Of a stretch of DNA of 64,000 nucleotides, positions 39,644 through 49,743 are shown in pieces. The notes beneath the pieces were generated by a model that saw nothing but the letters and a program-made list of their open reading frames with translations, did not search any database and had not been told where the DNA came from. The position numbers were made by a program, and so were the translations under genes. Every line of letters starts with the position of its first letter. Position 1 is the stretch's first letter. The DNA is from Candidatus Babeliales bacterium (lineage in GTDB: Bacteria; Babelota; Babeliae; Babelales; JANWKD01): assembly GCA_963722075.1 (NCBI GenBank), contig CAVRJM010000001.1, forward strand, positions 1,248,001-1,312,000, given 5' to 3'.

Positions 39644-40662
39644 AAAAACGGCTGGTTTTAGGAATAGAAACTTCCTGTGATGAAGTAGCAGCCGCTGTCT
39701 ATGACTCGCATAAAGGCGTATTATCAAATGTGCTATTTTCTCAAATAGAGCTTCATCAGCACTATGGCGGTGTTATTCCTGAATTAGCTTCACGCTCAGC
39801 GATAGAAAAAATTAATACCATTGTTGCAGCTGCATTAGATGAAGCGCAAATGACTTTAGATCATATTGATTGTATTGCGGTAACCACCAAACCAGGATTA
39901 CCTGGTTCCTTATTAGTTGGATTAAATTTTGCTAAAGCAGTTGCCTATGTAAAAAATAAACCAATTATTGGTATCAATCATTTGGAAGGGCATGCATTTT
40001 CCGCTTGTATTGAGTACAAGGTTCCGTTTCCACATCTTTGTTTAACTGCATCTGGTGGTCATACGTCATTATATTTGATACATGATTTTGGTGAATATAC
40101 CGTACTCGGTTCAACGCTCGATGATGCTGCCGGAGAAGCATTTGATAAGATTTCTAAGATGATGCAACTGCCCTATCCGGGTGGGCCGGTTATTGAGCGG
40201 TTAGCAGCTCAAGTAGGTTTTAAAGATTTTTTTCAGTATCCACGTGGTACTAAGCATATGCTTGATTTTAGCTTCTCAGGGCTTAAAACGGCAATTATGT
40301 ATGATTTAGTGAATCGGGGGTTTTATGATTTGAAAGAAAAAAAGTTTATACAAACGCCTTCGCTTGAAATACAGCAACAAATTGCTAGTTCATTATTAGT
40401 ATGCGTTAGGGATGTTTTTGAACAAAAAATTAGTTTAGCGTTAAAGGGGCATCCGGGAGTACAGGCAGTTACCTTTGTAGGAGGGGTAGCTTCTAATACG
40501 TATTTAAAAAAATCGCTGGAAGCATTTTGTAAAAAAAGATCGTTAGCATTTTACTCACCTTCACGTCAGTATTGTACAGATAATGCGGCGATGATTGCTT
40601 TTGTTGGTAATTACAAAGCAGAGCAGGGCCTATATTCAGATTTATACTTGGATATATTTTAA
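39640..40662 (+). CDS. tsaD: tRNA N6-threonylcarbamoyltransferase subunit
   Basis: LGIETSCDE, HLEGH, SGGHT, DDAAGEAFDK, FSFSGLKT, CTDNAAMIA. Confidence 0.97.
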   Translation: MKKRLVLGIETSCDEVAAAVYDSHKGVLSNVLFSQIELHQHYGGVIPELASRSAIEKINTIVAAALDEAQMTLDHIDCIAVTTKPGLPGSLLVGLNFAKAVAYVKNKPIIGINHLEGHAFSACIEYKVPFPHLCLTASGGHTSLYLIHDFGEYTVLGSTLDDAAGEAFDKISKMMQLPYPGGPVIERLAAQVGFKDFFQYPRGTKHMLDFSFSGLKTAIMYDLVNRGFYDLKEKKFIQTPSLEIQQQIASSLLVCVRDVFEQKISLALKGHPGVQAVTFVGGVASNTYLKKSLEAFCKKRSLAFYSPSRQYCTDNAAMIAFVGNYKAEQGLYSDLYLDIF

Positions 40663-40676
40663 AAAGAAAAAGATGT

Positions 40677-41100
40677 TGTCATCCTGAGCGTTAGCGTAAG
40701 GATCCAGTTATAACTTTTTTCGTTAAATTTTTAATCGATAATCTTCATGTACGCCTGATCGAAAAGCCGTCGTTGCGAGTTTACGAAGCAATCCAGGTTG
40801 AAATATTAAATTACGCTATAATGTTAAAATTAAGTTAATGAATTACTCAAATAAAGAAATTATTAAGATCTCATTACCTTAAAAACTATTGCAAAAATCG
40901 TGTACGAAGCTTTTGCTTTGCGTAAATAATTTATAGTTCTCCTACCAACAATTCTTAAAATTATTTTTTTACCGTATACTTTAAATGAATTAAAATAGCA
41001 AAAAGAGGCATTAATTCTATTGTCTGGATCCCCACGCTGGCGCTCGGGACGACGATAGTTGAGAACGAGAATGTCGTTGCGAGCCTGCGAAGCAATCCAG
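40677..41100. repeat. Cluster of four REP arms
   Basis: 40677-40707 (+), 40768-40797 (+), 41024-41055 (-), 41073-41100 (+). Confidence 0.85.
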
Positions 41101-41148
41101 AAAAAGTTGTTGTGTTTTAAACCCTGACTCAACCGTAAATAAACAACT

Positions 41149-41649
41149 ATGGTTGATTTATGTGATTTTCCAAAAAAAATGAATATGATACCAGTACTAT
41201 CAATTACTGAAATTAAACAATTTTTTGGTAATGATGTTTTTAATAAAGCAAATCATTACGTTGATTATGATATCTTTAAGACATTTCGTACAAACGATAC
41301 GTTATTTAGTTCCTGTCGTGGCTCTTCAGGAATTTACAAACAACAATGCAGATTTTTAGAAGGAGTGATTTCTGAATTAAAGTGTACGTGTCCTGCGATG
41401 CGTCATTTTGGCCCTTGTAAACATATAGCAGCAATGCTTTTAAAATGGGTAGAAAACAAGGGATATTTTGCACCGCGAGCGGATATAAAGATTATTTTAA
41501 AAAGTAAAACAAAAGAAGATTTAATAAAAATTATTACCACTTTATGTGATAAAAACGAGAAATATGCTGAATCTCTTCATAAACTATTAGAAAAAAAGCA
41601 AATAAAAAAGAAAAAGTTTAAGAATATGATGAGTTCTGAAGATGAATAA
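41149..41649 (+). CDS. SWIM zinc-finger protein
   Basis: CTCP...CKHIAA (CxCxnCxH). Confidence 0.8.
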   Translation: MVDLCDFPKKMNMIPVLSITEIKQFFGNDVFNKANHYVDYDIFKTFRTNDTLFSSCRGSSGIYKQQCRFLEGVISELKCTCPAMRHFGPCKHIAAMLLKWVENKGYFAPRADIKIILKSKTKEDLIKIITTLCDKNEKYAESLHKLLEKKQIKKKKFKNMMSSEDE

Positions 41650-41661
41650 AGAAGGTAATTA

Positions 41662-42394
41662 ATGCATGCATCCCTTGAACTCATTGATCAATTAAAAAAA
41701 ACTATTGATGAACGGCGACCATTTGATGAATTTTCTCTGCAGCAAATTAAAGAATATTATCGTATTGGTTTAACGTATACAAGTAATGCCCTTGAAGGTA
41801 ATTCCCTTACCGAATCAGAAACAAAAATTGTATTAGAAGAAGGTATTACCATTGGCGGCAAACGGCTTATTGATCATTTTGAAGCGGTGGGGCATTCAGA
41901 AGCATACGATTTATTACTGCAACATCACCAAAAGAAAACAATAAGCGAAGTTTTAATTAAAAAATTGCATCATCTTTTTTATTATCGAATTGATGAGGCT
42001 AATGCCGGCGCTTATCGTACGGTAAAAATATATTTAACGGGCTCAAAGTACCCTTTCCCTGAACCAGAGCAATTAGCAGAATTAATGCATCAATTTATTA
42101 ATGAATTACCTAAATTACGAACAACGTTGCATCCAATAGAGTTTGCGGCATTGGTGCATAAAAAAATTTGTTTTAATTCATCCCTTTATTGATGGCAATG
42201 GAAGAGTTGCTCGGTTACTTATGAATCTAGTTTTATTGCAAGAAGGCTATACCATTGCAATTATCCCTCCCATCATGCGTCCCGATTATTTTAAAGCGTT
42301 CGAAAAAGCACATATTAATGATAAAGATTTTATCGAATTTATAGCGCAAATGGTAAAAGAATCACAACAAGATTATATTCGCTTATTTTGCTAA
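41662..42394 (+). CDS. Fic family protein (class II), frameshifted at an A7 run
   Basis: TSNALEGN inhibitory motif in the first ORF, HPFIDGNGR in the second; extra A at 42160-42166. Confidence 0.85.
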
Positions 42395-42479
42395 TCCAGA
42401 TAAGTAGACTTAAATTGTTATATTATGCAAAAATGTTATAACTGTAATAATTGTTTAATGCGTTATTGGAGTTATACCA

Positions 42480-43169
42480 GTGAAAAAGTTTTGTATCGCT
42501 ATAATTATTCTATTTGTAAATTTAATAAATGCTATGGAAACAGAGCCTTCCTTCTCCGTTGATTCTTATAAGGTGCATGATGAAAATAGTGGCTTACGGA
42601 TTGATAATTTAAAGTCTTCTGAGCATTCAAGCAATTCTGCGGTATATCAATTTTGTATTGCCATGTCTAAATATCCTCAAAAAATAAAAGTAATAAATAA
42701 TAATGCTGCAGCTAATTATATTGAAGCTGAACAACTGAAAAAAATAATAAAAGCTATTAACTATATTCAAAGCGAGGAAAAGCTGGATTTAACTGATTTA
42801 ATTGATATTATTCAAGAACCAGTAATAATGCAGCGAGAAGAACTCAGAGATGAATTAAAGCAGTTCTATCTAAGTAATTATAATTTGAGGCAGGAAAAGG
42901 GAGAGTTAGAAGATAAACTAGCTGAAAAAAATAAACATTTAGATGAACAATTACAAAAAAGAACGGGAGAGCTTCTTGAATCAGGAGCCGCACTATCACG
43001 TGTTTCGCTCGATATTGCAAATCTAACAAATCAATTAAAACAAAAAAGCAGATGGTTTTTTCAACGTCATCCATTATTAACAGCAGGTGGCGCCGTTCTT
43101 CTTTCAATGCCCATTTATTATGGTTTGTTCCGACTTTTGCAAGAATATAAGATTCCTTGTTTTGGTTAA
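42480..43169 (+). CDS. Secreted coiled-coil tail-anchored protein, paralog 1
   Basis: Signal INA|MET, heptad region, RWFFQRHPLLTAGGAVLLSMPIYYGLF. Confidence 0.75.
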   Translation: MKKFCIAIIILFVNLINAMETEPSFSVDSYKVHDENSGLRIDNLKSSEHSSNSAVYQFCIAMSKYPQKIKVINNNAAANYIEAEQLKKIIKAINYIQSEEKLDLTDLIDIIQEPVIMQREELRDELKQFYLSNYNLRQEKGELEDKLAEKNKHLDEQLQKRTGELLESGAALSRVSLDIANLTNQLKQKSRWFFQRHPLLTAGGAVLLSMPIYYGLFRLLQEYKIPCFG

Positions 43170-43239
43170 AAAATAATTATTTATTTAGTAATAAAAATGG
43201 CATAATTATATTATTTGCTGTTATTTGCTGGAGTTCTCT

Positions 43240-43875
43240 ATGAAAAAATGTTTTATCGTTCTATTGCTTTTTACTGCTATATCCAATGCAATGGAAAAAA
43301 AAGAAATGCCGCAACAAGAAGCTTCTTTTACGGTTAAATACACCAAGGTTCATGAGGAAAATATTGGAAAACGTATTGATAATTCAAAATCTGATGATCA
43401 TTTAATTAGCTCAATGGTATATCACTTCTGTACTTTGTCTAAATATCCTACCAATATAACGGTGGTAAATAATAAAGTTGTTGCTAATGGTATTGGTGTT
43501 GAGCAATTGAAAAAAATGGTATCAGCTATCAAATATGAGCAAGCAAGCGGAACGTTAGATTTTACCGGTTTAATTGATGTGATATGTAAGCCGTTAACAA
43601 AACAACGAGATGAATGTTTACTTAAAATGGTAGAAGTGCAAAAAGAAAATGACGATTTACGGAAAGAAAACGATGAAGTAAGAAGAGAGAAAAATGGAAT
43701 AGCGTCCGCATTAACCAGGCTGCGCGTCCACAATAATGATTTAGGAAAACAATTAAAGCAACAAACCCGTTGGCTTTATCAACGCCATCCATTATTAACA
43801 GCAGCTGGCGCCGTTCTTCTTTCTCTGCCTTTATATTATGGGTTATTCTCATTATTAAAAACGTATCATTCTTGA
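43240..43875 (+). CDS. Secreted coiled-coil tail-anchored protein, paralog 2
   Basis: Signal SNA|MEK, RWLYQRHPLLTAAGAVLLSLPLYYGLF. Confidence 0.75.
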   Translation: MKKCFIVLLLFTAISNAMEKKEMPQQEASFTVKYTKVHEENIGKRIDNSKSDDHLISSMVYHFCTLSKYPTNITVVNNKVVANGIGVEQLKKMVSAIKYEQASGTLDFTGLIDVICKPLTKQRDECLLKMVEVQKENDDLRKENDEVRREKNGIASALTRLRVHNNDLGKQLKQQTRWLYQRHPLLTAAGAVLLSLPLYYGLFSLLKTYHS

Positions 43876-43949
43876 TAAGAACAGTGCTGATAAAAACAAG
43901 CAAATTATTCTATTTGCCATTATTTAGGGCGATAATTGTTTATATTGTT

Positions 43950-44451
43950 ATTGATGCGGAGATTATGATAAGCAAAGTATTTGGAGAAACCAATTACAAG
44001 ACAAAAAGTGAAATTGCTTACATTATTATAGAGCGTGTTCTAGGATCAATTCGGTTTAATTGGTTAATTGCAGATGCCCATTATGCGACTGAATACCTTC
44101 TGCCAAAGCTTTTTAACAGGTCAATAAAATTTCTGATGAAAATTCCCAGAAATCGCGTTGTTACTATTAACAATAAAACAGGACAATTGCAAAAAATTTT
44201 ACGTTTGAAAAAAAATAACAGATTTGCTTGTGGATACGGCACTATTTTTGGTCTTTCCTGTTATTTCTATGTGTTAAAAATTGATAAGGAAAAAATTATG
44301 TATCTTATCAGTAGCCATCAGCTCGGCAAAGAGAAGCTAATTTCTACATATAAGATTCGTTGGCAAATTGAATGCTTCAATAGAACTGCCAAACAACTTC
44401 TTGGATTCAGCGAATGCCAAATGCGTTCTTTTAACATGAGCGTGCGCATTT
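43950..44451 (+). mobile_element. Internal transposase fragment of the IS701-like element, no TIRs
   Basis: Matches 12448-12950 (identical translation IDAEIM to SFNM) apart from a 1-bp deletion near its 3' end. Confidence 0.9.
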
Positions 44452-44491
44452 GAAAATGGTATAATTATACTAGTAAATATTATTTAATCTA

Positions 44492-45181
44492 ATGAGGTTT
44501 AAGTTGAACTATTTTTTAATTATATTTTTCCTATTAACTACTATTGCTCAAGGCATGGATACGCAAAATCAAAAAGAGAAAACTCCTGTTCCTACCGAAG
44601 TGTCTTTTATTGTTGATTATCAAGAACATCTCAGAACTTGTTCGGTACGAGATAGAGAACCATTAGGGGTTGAACATATCATTAGCAGGATTGTAAAGCA
44701 TTTTGCTTTTAGTTTACGCAATCCTGAAAAAATTATAGTTCTTAATCGTGGCTACAATTGGAATTATGTTACTGAAGGTGACATTGAAAATATCTTTGGA
44801 GGATTTAGGTTTCAAGATGAACTCGATGGTCACGCAATAGCAAAACTAGATGTAACACGTTTATTGCATTATGCTCAACGAGGATTGAAGGAAAAACATT
44901 CACAGCGACAAAAAGAGATACAAGAAGAACATGATATAGAAAAAGGTAAATTAATGGAGATTATAAAAGAAAAAAAAGCAAAGTATTGTGATCTCAATAG
45001 GAAATGGCGTGCGCTTGATGCTGAAAAAAAAGATTTAGAAGATCGATTGAACCAAAAAAATAAATGGTTTTATCAACGCTATCCCTTGTTAACTGCAGGA
45101 TGTGCCGTTCTGTTTTCGATGCCTGTTTATTATAAACTATTTTTGATCTGGCAAAATTATCAAGCCGGTATTTCTTCGTAA
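44492..45181 (+). CDS. Secreted coiled-coil tail-anchored protein, paralog 3
   Basis: Signal AQG|MDT, KWFYQRYPLLTAGCAVLFSMPVYYKLF. Confidence 0.75.
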   Translation: MRFKLNYFLIIFFLLTTIAQGMDTQNQKEKTPVPTEVSFIVDYQEHLRTCSVRDREPLGVEHIISRIVKHFAFSLRNPEKIIVLNRGYNWNYVTEGDIENIFGGFRFQDELDGHAIAKLDVTRLLHYAQRGLKEKHSQRQKEIQEEHDIEKGKLMEIIKEKKAKYCDLNRKWRALDAEKKDLEDRLNQKNKWFYQRYPLLTAGCAVLFSMPVYYKLFLIWQNYQAGISS

Positions 45182-45195
45182 AGATTATTTTTCTT

Positions 45196-45882
45196 ATGAT
45201 TAATGAACTATTATTCTTTTTCCATCTCTTTATTATCATTTTTGCTGCTTTAGGTGCTTTGTGGCTGGGCAAAGAAGCTTTAATATGTTTAATAGCATTA
45301 TTTGCATTGGTATCAAACTTATTTGTAACCAAACAAATTGCTCTCTTTGGATGTAATGCTACCGCAACCGATTCTTTTGCTATTGGTATCGTGCTCAGTT
45401 TAAATCTTTTGCAAGAATATTATGGTAAAGAAATAACTAAAAAAGCGATTTGGATTAGTTTTGCGATTGCTAGTATATATACTATTTTTTCCCAGCTGCA
45501 TCTTTTATATATACCCACTCCGTTTGATACTACGCATTCCCATGCGCATGCTTTATTTAGCGTAATGCCGCGCATTATGATTGCTTCGCTGGTTACCTAT
45601 TTTATCGTGCAACGCTTAGATTGTATGGTATATGAGATCCTTAAAAATCGTTTGCACGGAAATTATTTGGTTACTCGTAATTATGGTGCGATCTTGTTTT
45701 CGCAATTAACCGATACGGTACTATTTAGTTTTTTAGGATTATATGGGCTGGTAGAATCGATAATCCCTATAATATGTATAAGTTATTGTATTAAAGTAAT
45801 CGCTATTGGAGTGGCAACTCCGTTTATTTGGTTTTCAAAAAAAATAATGGTAAAAAATACTCATGAATCCCTTTCGTTTTGA
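45196..45882 (+). CDS. yhhQ: Queuosine precursor transporter (YhhQ/DUF165)
   Basis: SNLFVTKQI, QEYYGK, PRIMIAS, SQLTDTVLF; overlaps tgt. Confidence 0.85.
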   Translation: MINELLFFFHLFIIIFAALGALWLGKEALICLIALFALVSNLFVTKQIALFGCNATATDSFAIGIVLSLNLLQEYYGKEITKKAIWISFAIASIYTIFSQLHLLYIPTPFDTTHSHAHALFSVMPRIMIASLVTYFIVQRLDCMVYEILKNRLHGNYLVTRNYGAILFSQLTDTVLFSFLGLYGLVESIIPIICISYCIKVIAIGVATPFIWFSKKIMVKNTHESLSF

Positions 45883-46993
45883 ACTGCTGTATCAATCTAA
45901 AAAATCTCGCGCTCGCGTAGGGCGTATTCACACCCCCCATGGTAGTATCGATACCCCTCATTTTGTTGCCGTAGGAACCAATGGTACCTTGAAAGCGCTT
46001 GATAGTGCCGTAGTAGATGAGATTGGGGTGCAATTGATGTTTTGCAACACCTATCATTTGATGGTACAGCCAGGAGTGGAAATTATTAAACAAGCAGGAG
46101 GTTTACATAATTTCATTAAGCGTAAGGGCCCTATAATTACTGATTCGGGGGGATTTCAGGTATTTAGTTTAGCCTATGGCACCGTGCATGATGAATTAAA
46201 GAGCAAGGGAACCAAAAAAAATGATGGCTCTGTAGTAAAAATTTCTGAAGACGGGGTGCTGTTTCGTTCGTATCGGGATGGCTCACCACTATTATTAACT
46301 CCCGAAAGTTCAGTACAAGCGCAAAAAGCATTGGGTGCTGATATTATTATCCCTCTTGATGAATTACCACCATATCATATTGATAAAAAACAATTAGAAA
46401 AATCATTAGCACGTACGCATCGCTGGGAAGAACGTTCATTACTTGAACATAAAAAAAATCCTAATAATCAAGCGATGTACTCAGTTATTCATGGGGGAAT
46501 TGATCCGGAATTGCGCAAAAAAAGTTGTTCGTTTTTGGCTCAACTAGATTTTGATGGGCATGCAATTGGCGGGAGCCTGGGGAAAAATCGTGAAGAGATG
46601 ATAGCAATGCTTACGCTTTTAATGTCGCAACTGCCATTAGAAAAACCAAATCATTTGCTGGGCATAGGGGATCTTGCATCACTTGAGCAGGCAATACAAT
46701 TAGGAATAGATACCTTTGATAGTTCGCACCCAACACGGTGTGCGCGGCACGGGCTTCTATTTACTTCTCAAGGTAATTTAAAAATCGAGCATGGCACTAA
46801 TAAAGCAAGCTTTGAACCGATTGATAGAGATTGTAGTTGTTTTGTTTGCCAAAAATATACGCGTGCCTATTTACATCACCTTTTTAAAGCGCATGAACTT
46901 ACGGGATATAGTTTAGCAACTATTCACAATCTGCACTTTATGGTACAATTGATGAATAATTATCGTAAAAAAATAATGAGTGGTGATTATTGA
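45863..46993 (+). CDS. tgt: tRNA-guanine transglycosylase
   Basis: CNTYHL, TDSGGFQVFSL, HLLGIG, DTFDS, CSCFVC..YTRAYLHHL, HNL. Confidence 0.95.
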   Translation: MNPFRFELLYQSKKSRARVGRIHTPHGSIDTPHFVAVGTNGTLKALDSAVVDEIGVQLMFCNTYHLMVQPGVEIIKQAGGLHNFIKRKGPIITDSGGFQVFSLAYGTVHDELKSKGTKKNDGSVVKISEDGVLFRSYRDGSPLLLTPESSVQAQKALGADIIIPLDELPPYHIDKKQLEKSLARTHRWEERSLLEHKKNPNNQAMYSVIHGGIDPELRKKSCSFLAQLDFDGHAIGGSLGKNREEMIAMLTLLMSQLPLEKPNHLLGIGDLASLEQAIQLGIDTFDSSHPTRCARHGLLFTSQGNLKIEHGTNKASFEPIDRDCSCFVCQKYTRAYLHHLFKAHELTGYSLATIHNLHFMVQLMNNYRKKIMSGDY

Positions 46994-47033
46994 TTTAATT
47001 ACAATCCAATCTTAAGGAAACTGATATAACTAT

Positions 47034-47672
47034 GTGACACACCACAATAATAATAGAACAAAATTTATTATAATCGTAATCACAACCTTACTCTTTAATT
47101 GTTCGCTACTTAACAGTATGAATACCCAGACAGAAACGATTATTAGAGGAGTTGCTTACCCTGTCACATCAGTGTTACAATTTGATCGTAGAAAACTTGC
47201 TCAGTTAATTTCTAATCCAGCTAAGCAGCATTTAATATATGCGGGCTATAATCAACAAGAATTAGCATTAAATAGGTTAGCGTATATAAAATTATTGACA
47301 TACGACAATGAAAGAACGCGGAAAAGCCCTCAGGAAGCGCGTAATAGAAAATTGGCTACCACTTTTAAATGGGATTTTGATATAAGTGTATCTTTATTAG
47401 GCGGGGCATACAAACTTTATAAAAATGAGGATGAAAACAAAAAAATGTTTTTTTATCCACTAATTTTAGGTATGTGCATTGGAGGCACGTATTGCTTTCT
47501 TAAAGGTCTTATCCGATTAAGCAACAATTATTCTGCTCATGCTATTGAACAAAAAAGAGAACGGCGGAAAAAAGTTAATAATGATCTAATAACTTTTATT
47601 AGAGATAAAGCTAAACTTCCCGTGACAAAGGTAATAACTACCGATAATCGGGTAATGATGAGATTAAATTAG
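47034..47672 (+). CDS. Hypothetical secreted protein with TM segments
   Basis: Signal LNS|MNT; hydrophobic segments. Confidence 0.5.
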   Translation: MTHHNNNRTKFIIIVITTLLFNCSLLNSMNTQTETIIRGVAYPVTSVLQFDRRKLAQLISNPAKQHLIYAGYNQQELALNRLAYIKLLTYDNERTRKSPQEARNRKLATTFKWDFDISVSLLGGAYKLYKNEDENKKMFFYPLILGMCIGGTYCFLKGLIRLSNNYSAHAIEQKRERRKKVNNDLITFIRDKAKLPVTKVITTDNRVMMRLN

Positions 47673-47743
47673 TTAAAAAATCAAATTATAGGAAATAAGG
47701 CTGCAATCGTTTTCATCAAAAGCAGCCTTTATAAGAATTCTAC

Positions 47744-48130
47744 CTATTCAATTCCTTTATGCATTTCTTGCATAAGTTGCTGTGAAACTTGGTCAAAAAG
47801 GGATAATGCTTGTCGCGCTAAGAACATTTCAGCAAAACTGCCTGAAATCAACATATTACCAAATATAAATGCTAGCACACGACGTAAAGGGCTTTTTTGT
47901 TTGCCTTCTTTTGCATCTGATAATGAATCATACACTAAACAACCGCCGATACCAGCAGTAATCACGCCTGCTACAATGATAGCAATAAGGCGAGGATCAT
48001 TGGTATCTACCAGAGAAGGGCCGTAAATTCTTTGCTTGAGTGCAGTAAGATTTGTTGGCATATTTTCAGCGCGGGCACCAGTTGAAGTTAGAAGAAAAGC
48101 ACAAAACATCACAATAAGGTTTTTATTCAT
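47744..48130 (-). CDS. Hypothetical membrane protein
   Basis: Signal ARA| and two TM segments. Confidence 0.55.
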   Translation of the reverse strand: MNKNLIVMFCAFLLTSTGARAENMPTNLTALKQRIYGPSLVDTNDPRLIAIIVAGVITAGIGGCLVYDSLSDAKEGKQKSPLRRVLAFIFGNMLISGSFAEMFLARQALSLFDQVSQQLMQEMHKGIE

Positions 48131-48411
48131 TTTTTTAATTCCTTTTAGGAAAATAATACAATATATATTATATATTACTAGATAAAGCTATAATTGCAAA
48201 ATTTCTCATTAATTATTACAAATGAAAATTATTTTATAAAGGTAGTATTTGTACTGTATGTATGTGCGCAATAAATCTTATAGGAATAGCTTTTAAATTA
48301 GTGGGCTTAACAGTAAGCAACTATTCATAATAGACGAGTTTTTATGATACCGTTAATGAAATAATATGGTGATAAAATAATAAACTGGCGATTCTTAATG
48401 AGGAGAAATAG

Positions 48412-48882
48412 ATGTATTATTCAAAATTAGTAACAATGCTTTGTTGCGTAATGAGTATTATTTTTGGTCAAGTAGCTTACTCAGGGCAATGGACTGAATT
48501 TTCATTTATTTTAAAACCCTCATTACTTGGTGGTATTGGCGTCTTTGCTACGCATGATATTTCTGCTAAGTCCCAGATTTTTAAAAACTATTTCAAGATA
48601 AGAACCCTAAAAATTAAAGAAGTACCCACCGATTTTATTAAATATTGTATTAAAATAAGTGATGAAGAGTGTTTATGCCCAAAGCGATTTGATCGCATGG
48701 AAATAGGATGGTATATAAATCATTCGGCTACACCCAACATTGCGCAGAGAACAGTAATTATTGAAGGCATAGAAGAATGTATTGTTTACGCTCTCAACGA
48801 TATCAAGGCTGGTGATGAAATTTTAATCGATTATAATTTTCTTAATGAGCCAGAGCATTTAAAAGAGGATTATTATAAATAA
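48412..48882 (+). CDS. SET-domain protein with signal peptide
   Basis: GIGVFATHDI, YINHSATPN, ALNDIKAGDEILIDY. Confidence 0.9.
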   Translation: MYYSKLVTMLCCVMSIIFGQVAYSGQWTEFSFILKPSLLGGIGVFATHDISAKSQIFKNYFKIRTLKIKEVPTDFIKYCIKISDEECLCPKRFDRMEIGWYINHSATPNIAQRTVIIEGIEECIVYALNDIKAGDEILIDYNFLNEPEHLKEDYYK

Positions 48883-49541
48883 TTTTTAGCTGATAGTGCT
48901 CTATCTTCTGGTAAAATAAACCTACCCTGCAAATATTCTTGAAAATCTTTTTTGCGCAATAAAAGAGTGCCATAGCCCGTTTTAAGCGGTTGTAACGAAA
49001 GCCCTTTTAATAAAAGAGCCATACGCATTTTAACATCTTCAAGTTGAGAAATATCGCGAGCCATAAGCTCAATTTCTAAAAACGTACCTAAGTTAGCAAC
49101 CTGATCAATACAAATCGTGAAAGAATCATGTTGATAGGTAGTACGCATTTTATCTACGGTATAATGAATTTCAAAATTATTAGCCCTCATTAAATCCGAA
49201 AAATCAGCTTTTTCTATGGCATTGAACTTAAGACTTATTAATAATTCATTAAGACGCGTAAGTTCATTTTCAATAAGTGGTAGAATAAAGGTGTGTTCTT
49301 CGCAATAATCCTGTATGGGCAAATTTGGATTATCAAGAGTTGCGCGATTAAATTTAATTTCTAATTTTTTATTATTGCGGGCGCGTATAAAAATACCTAG
49401 TTTGTAGAGGCGCCGATCCACTGTATCATAATACTCATCAGTATCATGCCTAGTATTGCGTAGCGAATAGTTTTTTAAAAAATCAGCTAATTCTTGATGG
49501 TTTAATATTTCATACCGCAATTCAATTTCGATAGTATTCAT
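48873..49541 (-). CDS. CYTH-domain protein (class IV adenylate cyclase/triphosphatase-like)
   Basis: IEIELR, DEYYD, KMRTTY, IDQVANLGTFLEIE. Confidence 0.85.
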   Translation of the reverse strand: MNTIEIELRYEILNHQELADFLKNYSLRNTRHDTDEYYDTVDRRLYKLGIFIRARNNKKLEIKFNRATLDNPNLPIQDYCEEHTFILPLIENELTRLNELLISLKFNAIEKADFSDLMRANNFEIHYTVDKMRTTYQHDSFTICIDQVANLGTFLEIELMARDISQLEDVKMRMALLLKGLSLQPLKTGYGTLLLRKKDFQEYLQGRFILPEDRALSAKNYL

Positions 49542-49699
49542 AATGGTGCCTCTATAATTAAATTATTCTTCATCGAAACATAAGCATTTTTAGGATTTTT
49601 TTTCTGTGTTTGCTCAATTATTTCAATTATTAATTGACGAGCATTTCTTGTTTTTTGAAAGCCACTCCCGCCAATGGCAATAATTTGTTTTTTAATCAT
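49538..49699 (-). pseudogene. Peptidase E (S51)-like scar: N- and C-termini kept, core deleted
   Basis: MIKKQIIAIGGSGF..., frameshift, IIEQTQKKNPK joined to NAYVSMKNNLIIEAPL*; stop overlaps the CYTH ATG. Confidence 0.55.
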
Positions 49700-49743
49700 A
49701 TTTTTTCGTATTCATGTTTGGCTGATATGAGGCCAAAGACTTA

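Noticed and set aside
29561..41100. REP arms as a CRISPR array or integron attC sites
   Set aside because: Dispersed, mixed orientation, no regular spacing, and no cas or integrase gene in the window.
43770..44453. 227-aa ORF as a real fusion protein
   Set aside because: TTG start inside paralog 2 reading into an IS fragment that lacks the first catalytic Asp; a by-product of the fragment.
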